A stretch of 64,000 bases of DNA from the NCBI GenBank assembly GCA_963739455.1, contig CAVUAK010000001.1:2080001-2144000 (forward strand), read 5' to 3'. The stretch comes from an uncultured Gemmatimonadales bacterium. GTDB lineage: Bacteria > Gemmatimonadota > Gemmatimonadetes > Gemmatimonadales > GWC2-71-9. Positions 42,264-52,391 of the stretch are shown here, piece by piece. The translations under genes and the position numbers were made by a program. The notes beneath the pieces were generated by a model. The model saw nothing but the letters and a program-made list of their open reading frames with translations. It was not told where the DNA came from and did no database searches. Within the stretch, counting starts at the first letter, position 1. Every line of letters starts with the position of its first letter.

Positions 42264-42980
42264 TCAGGCCCGCGCGGCCCTGACGAGCGCCGCCATCGCC
42301 GCCACGGCAGGTTCCATCCCATCCAGCACGGCCCGGCTCACGACACTGTGCCCGATGTTGAGCTCCTCGATCTCGGGAATGGCCGCCACCGGCTGCACGT
42401 TGAGGTAGGTGAGCCCGTGGCCGGCGTGGACCGCGAGGCCAAGGTTCGCGGCGGTGCTGGCGGCACGACGGAGGGTATCGAGCGCGCGCGCATCCCGCTG
42501 CCAGTTGTGCGCGTAGTCGCCGGTATGGAGCTCGATTGCAGGGACGCCCAGCGCGAGGGCAGTGCGGATGGCACCCTCATCGGGATCGATGAAGAGGCTG
42601 ACCCGGACGCCGGCGTCATGCAGGCGGCGGATGGTCTCGGTCAGCCGTGGGCCCGGCCGGGTGAGGTCGAGCCCGCCCTCCGTGGTCACTTCCTCGCGTC
42701 GCTCCGGCACGATCGTGGCCTGGAAGGGCTTGAGGTCGCACGCGAGCGCCACGATGTCGGCGCTGGTGGCCAGTTCCAGGTTGAGCACGGTTGTGACCGC
42801 CACGGCGAGTTGCCGGACATCGTCATCCTGGATGTGACGGCGATCCTCGCGGAGATGCGCGGTAATGCCATTTGCACCACCCCGTTCGGCAGCCAGCGCG
42901 GCCACGACCGGATCGGGCTCGTCGGTGCGCCGCGCCTGCCGTACCGTGGCGACATGATCGATGTTGATATAGAGGCGCAT
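42264..42980 (-). CDS. pdxJ: Pyridoxine 5'-phosphate synthase
   Basis: INIDHVATVRQAR, HLREDRRHI, TTEGGLD, ELHTG, HAGHGL, ELNIGH. Confidence 0.96.
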   Translation of the reverse strand: MRLYINIDHVATVRQARRTDEPDPVVAALAAERGGANGITAHLREDRRHIQDDDVRQLAVAVTTVLNLELATSADIVALACDLKPFQATIVPERREEVTTEGGLDLTRPGPRLTETIRRLHDAGVRVSLFIDPDEGAIRTALALGVPAIELHTGDYAHNWQRDARALDTLRRAASTAANLGLAVHAGHGLTYLNVQPVAAIPEIEELNIGHSVVSRAVLDGMEPAVAAMAALVRAARA

Positions 42981-43035
42981 GAACGTTGCTGGAGGGGGTA
43001 GGAACCCATTAGTTTCGCTGTTCAACGATAGCATC

Positions 43036-43560
43036 GTGAGGCACTTGGTGGGACCAAAGCAGAAGCTAGTCCTGGCGCTCGCCACCGCATCGGTGGCCAT
43101 GTTCCCGGTTCGCGTGGCGGCCCAGGTCGAGGAGACGCCGGAAGCGGCCGTAAACGCCTTCATGAAGGCGGTCGCCGACAGCAACCTGGCCCGGATGACC
43201 CAGCTCTGGGGCACGTCCCAGGGTTCTGCGGCGACCACGCGCAAGCCATCGGACTTCCAGAAGCGCATGTACATCACATATGCGTTCCTGAAGGGCGGCA
43301 CCTACAGGATCTCGGCGACGGAGCCCAGCCCGAAGCAGCAGGACGAGCGCTACATGATCCTCGAGTTTACCCGGGGTGACTGCAACAAGCTGGTGCCGAT
43401 CACGGCAGTGAAGACGAAGAAGGAAGGCTGGATCGTGAACTCACTGGACCTGAGCCAGGTCGGGGTGCCGGGCCGGAGCTGTTCTGGAGGACTGCCTGGT
43501 GGCGACACCAGCAAGCCGATCACCATAACGGACACGATCAAGGGCGCCACGACGAAGTAG
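43036..43560 (+). CDS. Secreted hypothetical protein (start uncertain)
   Basis: Signal-like AAQ, TPEAAVNAFMKA, biased codon use. Confidence 0.6.
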   Translation: MRHLVGPKQKLVLALATASVAMFPVRVAAQVEETPEAAVNAFMKAVADSNLARMTQLWGTSQGSAATTRKPSDFQKRMYITYAFLKGGTYRISATEPSPKQQDERYMILEFTRGDCNKLVPITAVKTKKEGWIVNSLDLSQVGVPGRSCSGGLPGGDTSKPITITDTIKGATTK

Positions 43561-43566
43561 CCGGCG

Positions 43567-43968
43567 CTACCGGGCCTGGGTGAGCTCGATCAGGATGCCG
43601 GCGGTTGACTTGGGGTGCACGAAGGCGATGCGACGTCCATGGGCCCCGGTGCGGGGCGTCTCGTCGACCAGGCGGTATCCGGCGGCGCGGCAGCGTATCA
43701 GGGCGGCGTCGAGGTCGGCCACTTCGTAGCAGACGTGATGAATGCCGGGACCGCGCTTCGCCAGGAACCTGGCAATCGGGCCGTCGGGCGCGGCGGGCTC
43801 GAGGAGTTCCACCTCGGGACCGCCAAAGGGCAGGGAAACAATCGTGGCACCGTCCGCCGATTCCGGGGCGCGGGGCTCGAGTCCGAGAACGTCGCGGTAG
43901 AAGGCAAGGGCGTCAGCCAGGTTCTCGACGGCGACGCCAATGTGGGCGATGCGTGGCTGATTGGTCAT
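43567..43968 (-). CDS. mce: Methylmalonyl-CoA epimerase
   Basis: HIGVAV, ELLEP, GPGIHHVC, FVHPKSTAGILIEL. Confidence 0.92.
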   Translation of the reverse strand: MTNQPRIAHIGVAVENLADALAFYRDVLGLEPRAPESADGATIVSLPFGGPEVELLEPAAPDGPIARFLAKRGPGIHHVCYEVADLDAALIRCRAAGYRLVDETPRTGAHGRRIAFVHPKSTAGILIELTQAR

Positions 43969-44024
43969 GCTGAATCTTAAGTCATCGCACAATGAGTGCG
44001 ATGGGAGAAAGGAAGCGCAACGCA

Positions 44025-44363
44025 ATGGCTGGCGTAAACACCAAGACTCCTCCCGTGACGGACGATTCCTTCGCGGTTGATGTTGATCAGGCAAAGGGCC
44101 TCGTGCTGGTGGACTTCTGGGCGGTGTGGTGCGGGCCGTGCCAGATGGTCGCCCCGGTGCTCGAGCAGCTGGCCGGCGAGTACGACGGTCGGGTCAAGAT
44201 CGTGAAGCTCGATGTGGACTCGAACCAGCGCACGTCGATGAAGTACAACGTCCGGTCGATCCCGAGCATCCTGTTCTTCAAGGATGGCAAGCACGTGGAT
44301 ACCGTCGTTGGCGCGGTGCCGAAGCCGGTCATCGAGGGGAAGATCAAGCAGCACCTGAGCTAG
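44025..44363 (+). CDS. trxA: Thioredoxin
   Basis: DFWAVWCGPC, VRSIP, VVGAVPK. Confidence 0.95.
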   Translation: MAGVNTKTPPVTDDSFAVDVDQAKGLVLVDFWAVWCGPCQMVAPVLEQLAGEYDGRVKIVKLDVDSNQRTSMKYNVRSIPSILFFKDGKHVDTVVGAVPKPVIEGKIKQHLS

Positions 44364-44404
44364 GGCGGGTAAGGCGGGTAGGGCGGGTAGGCGGGTGGGG
44401 CGGT
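44361..44404 (+). repeat. G-rich 8-9-mer tandem (TAGGGCGGG-like)
   Basis: tagggcggg taaggcggg tagggcggg taggcggg tggggcgg. Confidence 0.7.
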
Positions 44405-44463
44405 AGCGAGGGCACCAAGTCCTCCTGCCGCCCTTGACGCTTCTCCCCTTCGAACGGAGGCGC

Positions 44464-45295
44464 ATGGCCACGCTGTACGTCGTCGCGACACCTCTGGGCA
44501 ACCTGGGCGACCTGAGCGCGCGGGCCATTGAGGTCCTGCGCACCGTGCCGGTCGTGGCGGCCGAGGATACCCGCCGGTCGCGGGGGCTGCTCGAGCATAT
44601 CGGCGCGCATCCGCAGCTTCGCAGCTTCCACGCGCACTCCCCTGAGCGGCGCCTCGAGATGCTCCTCGAGATCCTTTCCGATGACCGGGACGTAGCCCTC
44701 GTAACAGATGCCGGGACGCCGGGCATCAGCGATCCGGGAACCGACCTCGTCCGGGCCGCACGCGAGGCGGGCCACGTGATGGTGCCCATCCCGGGTCCCT
44801 CGGCGATCGCGACGGTGCTCTCGGCGTCCGGGCTCCCGGCTGATCGCTTTCTCTTCCTGGGGTTCGTGCCGCGCCGCGGGGCAGAGCGCGCGCGCATGCT
44901 GGCGCGCGCCGCCGACGGAGGAGTGGAGCGTGGTGTTCTACGAGGCGCCAAGCCGGGTGGTCGAGCTGCTGGAGGACCTGCTGGCCCTGGCCGGCCCGGA
45001 CCGGCGGGCGACGGTGGGACGCGAGCTCACGAAGCTGCACGAGGAGATCCGCGGCGGGTCGCTGGAGGAGCTGCTGGCGCACTTCAACAGCACGGAACCC
45101 CGGGGCGAGTTCACCGTAGTGCTGGAGGGAACGGGCCTGCCGCCCGCTGCCATCGACCGGACCGAGGAAGCGACCACGAATGCCCGCCAGCTGCTGGCTG
45201 ACGGGGTGACACGGCGAGAAGCGTCGCAGCGAATCGCCGCCGAGTTCGGCCTGTCCCGAAACGACGCCTACCGGCTCGTCATGAGCCTGACCTGA
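44464..45295 (+). CDS. rsmI: 16S rRNA C1402 2'-O-methyltransferase (frameshift near 44915)
   Basis: LYVVATPLGNL, AEDTR, DAGTPGISDPG, then VFYEAP, RELTKLHEE. Confidence 0.93.
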
Positions 45296-46009
45296 TGCCT
45301 GTGCGCCTGCCCATCGCCGTCCTGCTTGCGCTGTCGTGCGCTGTTCCGCTTGCCGGCGCAGCAGGTGAAGGCGCGCGTCGCGGCCGGCGCGCCGGCGGTG
45401 CGGGCGGAGCCGCTGCAGACCATCGGTCGGCTCCACTACGAGGGTGGCGGCGACTGGTACGCCAATCCGTCGAGCCTGCCCAACCTCCTCGCCGCGGTGC
45501 GCGAGCGCACCGGCATCCCGGTGGAGCGCGAGGAGCGCACCGTCACGCTCACGTCGGATGAGCTGTGGAGCGTACCGTACATCTACATGACGGGTCACGG
45601 GAATGTGCACTTTTCGGATGACGACCTGCGCATCCTGCGGGCGTATCTATCGCAGGGTGGGTTCCTGCATGTCGACGACAACTATGGCATGGACAGTTCC
45701 ATCAGGCGCGAACTCGCGCGGCTGTTCCCGGGCCAGGAACTCACCGATGTACCGCTCGACCATCCCATCTACCACCTCGCGTATGAAATGCCGCGTGGCA
45801 TTCCCAAGATTCACGAGCACGACGGCAAGCCGGCGCAGGGGCTTGGTCTCTACCTGAATGGGCGGCTGGTGGTCTACTACTCGTATCAGTCCGACCTCGG
45901 CGATGGCTGGGAGGATCCCGAGGTGCACAAGGATCCCGCCGAGAAGCATGAGGCGGCGCTGCGCATGGGCGTGAACCTCTACGCCTATGCGGTCGGGTCG
46001 GGCGGATGA
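45295..46009 (+). CDS. DUF4159 domain secreted protein (frameshift near 45340)
   Basis: YEGGGDWY.NP, YMTGHG, GGFLHVDDNYG, DLGDGWE, ALRMGVN. Confidence 0.85.
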
Positions 46010-49000
46010 GCCTCACTGAACTCGCGCTGGAGCAGGTGGCGCGGCCGCTGCGGCTGCGACGGAATGCGGCGTGGATCGTCGCGGCGCTCGGGGCAACGCT
46101 GCTGCTCCTCGGCGTCACGGCGTGGCTGGCGCGACTGGATGTCATCCGCACGCTGGCGTGGGTGCCCGCGGCCTGGATCGGGGCGTCGCTCTGGTGGCCG
46201 CTGCGGCGTGGGGTCGGCGCCGTGCGGTGGCGGGCCTGGCGACGCGATCGCTCGCCGAGTGGCTGGAACAGTCGGGTGCATGGCGACTGGGTGCGTTGCG
46301 CTCGCTGCTCGAACGGTCGCAGCAGGGATCGAGTGCGGAACTGGCGCAGGCGGCCGACGCAGCATCGGCCGCCACGGTCGGTGAGCGTGCGACCCGCAGG
46401 CGCTCGGTCCGCTGGACGAACGCTTGTCGCGCGAATTGCGCTGGGGAGTCGCGCTCCTCGCCGTTGGTCTCGTGGCCCTGGCGACCTCGGGTCCGCTCCG
46501 CGGGCCTGGTGCGGTGCTCTGGCACCCGTTCCGCGCGTGGCGCGCGGTGGTGTCCCCGGTCCAGCTCCGCGCGTCCGCCGACAGCGTGGATCGCGGCACG
46601 CCGGTGACGCTCACCGTCACGACGTACGGCCGTCGGGAGGCAACGCTCTGGCTCAGGTCGCCAGGCGAGGCATGGCGGGAAACGCCGCTGTCGCTCGATG
46701 CCAACGGCGTTGCGTCGCACGTCATCCCGGCGCTCGAGACCGACCTGTTCGCGCGCGTGTCGAGCGGTGAGCGCGGCTCCGACACCGTCATGATCCACGT
46801 GCGCCAGCCGGTGTTCCTTGCGTCGCTCGAGGTCACGGCGCGCTATCCGGCGTACCTCGGGCTGGAAGACGAGCCGATTCCCACGGCGGGCGACACGGTC
46901 CTCCTGCCGGCGGGAACGCGGCTCGAGACGCGAGGCGAAGCCACGGCGGAACTCGAGAGCGCGTCATGGAGCGCGGACGAGGCGGAGAGCGCGCTGCCGG
47001 TAAGCGGCAAGCAGTTCGACGGTGACTTTACGCCGGCTCCGGTCGGGCGCCTATCGCCTGGCACTCAGCACGGCGAGCGGTGCGCCGCTGGCTGGCGATG
47101 CGATCGTACTGCCGCTGCGCATCGTCCCCGACAGCGCGCCGGCGCTCGAGATCCCCGTGCCAGGCGCCGATACCACGGCATCGCCTGATGCCCGGGCGCT
47201 CATCGTCGTCGACGCGCACGACGACCATGGACTCAAGAGTGTCGTGCTCGAGTTGCGTCGCGTCATCCGGCCTCGGCGCCGCCGATCCGGCGCGGGAGCA
47301 GGCGATTGCCCTGCCCGGCGGCGCGCCCGACCGCGCGGTGCTCAGCACGCAGGTCAACCTGCAGCAGCTCGGGCTGCTGCCCGGCGACACGCTCCGCTAT
47401 CGGGCGCGCGCCGTGGACAACTCGCCCCGGGCGCCAGTCGGGATGGTCGCGCGAGTACGTGCTGCGCATCCAGACGCTCACCGAGCTCCGGGCGGAGCAG
47501 CGCCGGGAAACGTCGTCGCTCCAGAGTCGCCTCGACTCGCTGAGCGCCGGCGAGCAAGAAGCTGGAGCGGCAGACCGAGGATCTCGCGCGCTCGCAGCCG
47601 CGTGACGCCACCAAGCAGGGCGACAATTCCGACAACCTCAGCTTCGAGCAGGCGAAGAAGGCGGAAGCGGTCGCGGAGTCGCAGCAGGAGCTGATGAAGC
47701 AGGCGGAGCAGGCGCGGCAGGCACTTCAGGAGCTGCAGAAGAACGCCGAGACCGCCGGCCTGGCTGATTCGGCGCTCATGGCGCGCCTGGCCGAGGTACA
47801 GCAGCAGCTGGACAAGGCGCTGACGCCAGAGATCCGCGCCAAGCTCGAGGAGCTGCAGCAGGCGCTCAAGGAACTCGACGCCGAGCGCACCCAGGACGCC
47901 CTCAAGGACCTGGCCGAGAAGCAGAAGGAACTGCGGGAGGCGCTGGAGCGCAGCCGGGAGCTCTTCGAGCGCGCCGCGATGGAGGGACAGCTCGAGAGCC
48001 TGGCCCAGGATTCCAAGGAATTGCAGAAGGACCAGGCGGAGTGGAACAAGCAGGTCGAGGCGGCCGACAGCCAGCGCGCCGCCGCCGCGGAGCAGCAGCT
48101 CGCGAAGAAGGCCGAGTCACTGTCATCCGAACTGAAGCAATTGTCGGAGCAGATGAAGGACACGCCGACGCGGCGACAAGATCGAGCAGGCCGTCCCAGC
48201 AGGCGGGCAAGGCTGTCGCAGAAGATGGAGCAGGCGTCGAAGTCGGCGAAGTCAGGCCAGAAGCAGAAGGCGAAGTCCGAGGGTGAGGAGGCAGAGAAGG
48301 AACTCGCGCCACTGGGTGACCAACTGCAGGAAGAGCGGGAACAGATGGCGCAGGACTGGCGCGACGAGGTCATGTCGCAGCTCGACCAGGCGCTGGCCGA
48401 CGTGAGCCGGCTGGGCGAGAAGCAGCTCGCGGTAAGCCAGGGCTTCGAGCGCGGTGAGTCCGCCGCCAAGCTGCGGGCCGACGAGGGCGCCATCGAGGAA
48501 GGGGTGGAGCGCCTGCAGGAGCAGGTGCGGCAGGCCGCGGGCAAGAACGCACTGGTGTCGCCGGACATCGGCACCTCGCTGGCGGCGGCGTCGCGGTTCA
48601 TGCAGCAGGCGCGCGACGCGGTGTCGTCGGCCAACGCCAATCCGCGCGAGGCCGGCGATCGTGCCGGCGACGCGCTCGACGCACTCAACTCCGCCGCGCA
48701 CGGCCTGCTCAAGGCCCGTGGCGAGGTGGGCGGATCGGAGTCGGGCTCGGGCCTGGCCGAGGCGATGGAGAAGATGGGCGAGCTGGCGAAGCAGCAGGGA
48801 CAGCTTGGGGAACAGGGTGCGTCGCTGATGCCGCAGCTTGGCGCGGGCGGCGCGCAGCAGCAGATGCAGCAGCTCGCGGCGCAGCAGCGGGCGCTGGCGC
48901 AGGAACTGGAGAAGCTGCGCGGCCAGGGCAACATGCCGGGTGCGGGCGAGATGGCAAACGAGGCGGAGGAGCTCTCGCAGCGGCTCCAGGCCGGCCGGCT

Positions 49001-49281
49001 CGATCGGCAGACGGTGGAGCGACAGGAGAAGCTGTTCCGGCGCATGCTCGACGCGGGGCGCACGCTGCAGGGAGAGCAGGAAGACGAGCAGAAGGAGCGG
49101 CAGAGCACCACGGCCAACGGCGACAGCGTGCTGCTGCCACCGTCGCTGCGGGCGCGGCTGCAGGACGACGATGGCCGGCTCCAGGTGCCGAGCTGGGAGG
49201 AACTGCAGCGCCTCTCGCCGGCGGAGCGACGCATCGTGGTGGACTACTTCCGGCGGCTCGCGACGCCCGGGCGCGAACTAG
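46006..49281 (+). CDS. DUF4175-like large membrane-anchored Ig/coiled-coil protein (several frameshifts; end inferred)
   Basis: N-terminal TMs, YPAYLG, DDHGL, LLPGDTLRY.ARAVDN, Q/E-rich coiled coil, RMLDAGR, VVDYFRRL. Confidence 0.7.
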
Positions 49282-49282
49282 C

Positions 49283-51010
49283 ATGCGGCTCGCCGTGGCC
49301 CTGTTGCTCCTTGTGGCCGGCCCGCTGGCCGCGCAGGCTGCGCAGGCCGATTCGCTCAACCGCGCGTTCGACCTCGAACGGCGGGGCAACTACCCGGCCG
49401 CGGTCATCGCGTATCGTGCCGTCCTCAAGACCCGGCCGGCCGACGTGAGCGCGATCCTCGGCCTGGAGCGGTCGCTGCAGCCGCTCAACCGCTCGGCCGA
49501 AATGGTGCCCGACCTGAACGCGGCGCTGGCCGCCAATCCTTCTGCGACGGCGCTGTACGGGGTGGCGGTGCGCACGTACAGCGCCGCTGGAATGACGGAC
49601 AGCCTGCGGCGCGTGGTGGATCGCTGGGCACAACTCGCGCCCAAGGACGAGACGCCGTACCGCGAGTGGGGCACGGCGTTGCTGGCGCGACGTGATCGCG
49701 TGGGCGCGCGCGCGGCGTACCTTGCGGGCCGCCAGCAGCTTGGCCAGCCGAACGCGCTCGCACCGGAGCTGGCGCAGCTCGCGGTGCTCGAGGGCGACTA
49801 TGCCACGGCGGCGAAGGAGTGGCTGCTCGCCATCAGGAAACTGCCGGGCTACCGCTCTGGCGCCGTCGTGACGCTGCGGCCCGACGCCTGATGCGCAGCG
49901 CCCCCATGGTGCTGAAGGTGCTGCAGGATGATGGCTCGCCCGATGCGCAGCGACTGGATGCGGAGTTGCGCGCGCGCTGGGGCGATCCGGTGGGCGGCTT
50001 CGAGCGACTGGTGCTGGTGCTGCCGGCGGACCCGGTCGAGGCGCGCGACCTGCTGCGGCAGTTCGCCGAGGCGCTGCGGGGCAACACGACGCCGCCGTAC
50101 CGACAGGCGATGGGACGCGCGCTCGAAGCGATGGCGCAGCGCACCAATGGCGCGGCGCGCTCGCGGCTGCAGCTCGACGCGGCCCAGGCCTACCTCGATG
50201 GTGGTGATCGCGCATCAGCGCGCCGCATGCTGGCGAGCCTTGCCGGCGATGGGAACGACCCCGGCCGCGCTGAGCGCGAGCGCATCGGGTACGCTGCTGC
50301 GGCTGCTGGTGGACGAGGGAAAGATGGAGGAGGCGGAGCGGAGCCTTGCCCAGTATCGCGGCGTCCTGTCGACGCAGGAAATGGCAACGCTGACGCGGCG
50401 GGTCGCGATCGGGTGGGCGCGGGCCGGCAAGCTCGATCGAGCCGAGGCGCTTGCCGCGGCCGACAGCTCGGTCGAAGGACTGGCGCTCCGTGGCCAACTC
50501 CGGCTGTTTCAGGGTGATATTGCCGACGCGGTGGAGCTCCTGCGCGCGGCGGGTCCGTATGCCGGTACGCGGGAGCAGGCTACGGCGCGCACGTCCCTCC
50601 TGGCGCTGCTGCAGCCGATCGAGGAAGACACGCTTCCGGCACTCGGGCTCGCGTTCCTGGCCCTCGAGCGGGGCGACACGACGGTCGCGGTGGCCGGATT
50701 CAGCTCCATTGGTGCCGCCCGACCGAGGAACAAGGGCGGCGCCGAATTGCTGCTGCTGGCGGGGCAGCTCGAGGCGGCACGTGGCTCGGCACCGGCGGCG
50801 GAAAAGCTGTTCCGGGCTGCGGTCGATACCACGGCGCCGGCGACGGCGCCGGCGGCACTGCTCGAGCTGGGCCGGTTGCTGGCGAGTTCGGGGCGGGGTG
50901 GAGAGGCGGTACCGGTGTTCGAGCAACTGATCCTGGACTATCCGCGGAGCGCGCTGGTGCCACAGGCCCGCCGCGCGCTGGACGAGGCGAAAGGGGCGGT
51001 ACCCCAGTAA
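49283..51010 (+). CDS. Secreted tetratricopeptide-repeat protein (frameshifts near 49880 and 50260)
   Basis: Signal peptide, helical repeats, C-terminal LILDYPRSALVPQARR. Confidence 0.75.
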
Positions 51011-52308
51011 TGTGTCTTGCCTGCGTATCACGACGTGACTTCCTGCGGGTCGCCGCCGCCGTACCGGTCATCCCGTCGGTGCTGCACCTGCGTTCGCCGG
51101 TGCGCGCCGACTGGCTGCTCATCCCCATGGACGACGTCCAGACGGAGCACCTGAAGGCGTATGGTGTCACGTTCCGGGCCATCCAGCGCGGCGTGAAGGC
51201 GGAGTGGTTGCTCAACTACCGGGGTGGCTCGTTCCTGCTGCCGAGCGATGCCGCGACGGCGCGAGACGCCGCCCTGAACGGCATCACCGTTGAAGGACTG
51301 AGCGACGGCACGGTGACGCAGATCCGCGGCGAGATTGCCACGTCCAACATGGACGCCGTGCCGCTGGAGAAGGCGCCGAAGGTGGCGGTGTACGTGCCGC
51401 CGTTCGCGGCCCCATGGGACGACGCCGTGACCATGGCGCTCAACTACGCCGGCATCGAGTACGACAAGCTCTGGGACGTCGAGGTGGTGGAGCAGGGCCT
51501 CAAGACCTACGACTGGCTGCACCTGCACCACGAGGACTTCACCGGCCAGTACTCGAAGTTCTACCTCAACTACTCCGGTGCGCCCTGGCTTGCTGAAATG
51601 GTGGCGAAGAACCGGGAGGTAGCCCGACAGCTGGGCTACGCGAACGTTCCCGCGCTCAAGAAGGCTGTCGCGCAGAATATCAGTGCCTTCGTCGAGCGGG
51701 GTGGCTTCCTGTTCGCGATGTGCACCGCGACGGAGACCCTCGACCTGGCACTGGCGGCACAGAACGTCGACATCGCCGCGTCCTACGCCGACGGCACGCC
51801 GATGGAGCCCAACGCCAGCAGCAAGCTCGACTGGAGCAAGACGCTGGCCTTCCAGAACGCCACGCTGGAACTGAGCCCGACGACGCCGGTCTATTCGGAC
51901 ATCGACGGGCACCAGGTGAACTCCGCTGATCGACGCCAGCAGCTCGGCACCTTCACCATCTTCGGCTTCAGCGCCAAGATCGACCCGGTGCCGACGATGC
52001 TGGTGCAGAACCATCGCGACGTGATTCCCGACTTCTACGGGCTGACGACTTCGTTCACGCGGAAGACGCTCAAGCCGGGCGTGACCGTGCTGGCCGACGA
52101 GCCTGGCGCGCCGTGGGTGAAGTACATCCATGGTGAGAAGGGGCAGGGCACCTGGACCTTCTACGGTGGGCACGATCCCGAGGATCCGCAGCACCAGATC
52201 GGCGACGCGCCCACCGACCTCACGCTGCACCCGCATTCACCCGGGTACCGGCTGATCCTGAACAACGTGCTGTTTCCGGCGGCGAAGAAGAAGGAGCTGA
52301 AGACATGA
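51010..52308 (+). CDS. Exported GATase-fold-like protein (family often labelled 'asparagine synthetase B')
   Basis: SRRDFL Tat-like motif, HLKAYG, WLLNYRGGSF, LHLHHEDFTGQY, FAMC, GHDPED, SPGYRLILNNVLFPAA. Confidence 0.75.
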   Translation: MCLACVSRRDFLRVAAAVPVIPSVLHLRSPVRADWLLIPMDDVQTEHLKAYGVTFRAIQRGVKAEWLLNYRGGSFLLPSDAATARDAALNGITVEGLSDGTVTQIRGEIATSNMDAVPLEKAPKVAVYVPPFAAPWDDAVTMALNYAGIEYDKLWDVEVVEQGLKTYDWLHLHHEDFTGQYSKFYLNYSGAPWLAEMVAKNREVARQLGYANVPALKKAVAQNISAFVERGGFLFAMCTATETLDLALAAQNVDIAASYADGTPMEPNASSKLDWSKTLAFQNATLELSPTTPVYSDIDGHQVNSADRRQQLGTFTIFGFSAKIDPVPTMLVQNHRDVIPDFYGLTTSFTRKTLKPGVTVLADEPGAPWVKYIHGEKGQGTWTFYGGHDPEDPQHQIGDAPTDLTLHPHSPGYRLILNNVLFPAAKKKELKT

Positions 52309-52390
52309 CGTGAGGACGTGAAGACGTGAGGACGTGAAGAATTCCTTCCTTCCGTCACCTCACGTCTTCACGTCTTCACGTCCTCACGTC
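52307..52390. repeat. Inverted 4x octamer arrays GACGTGAR / YTCACGTC
   Basis: 32-nt arms 52307-52338 and 52359-52390, 30/32 complementary. Confidence 0.9.
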
Positions 52391-52391
52391 C

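Noticed and set aside
51010..52308. True asparagine synthetase AsnB
   Set aside because: Lacks the N-terminal CGI Ntn motif and the SGGLDS ATP-binding motif.
52307..52390. CRISPR array
   Set aside because: 8-nt units with no unique spacers and no cas genes.
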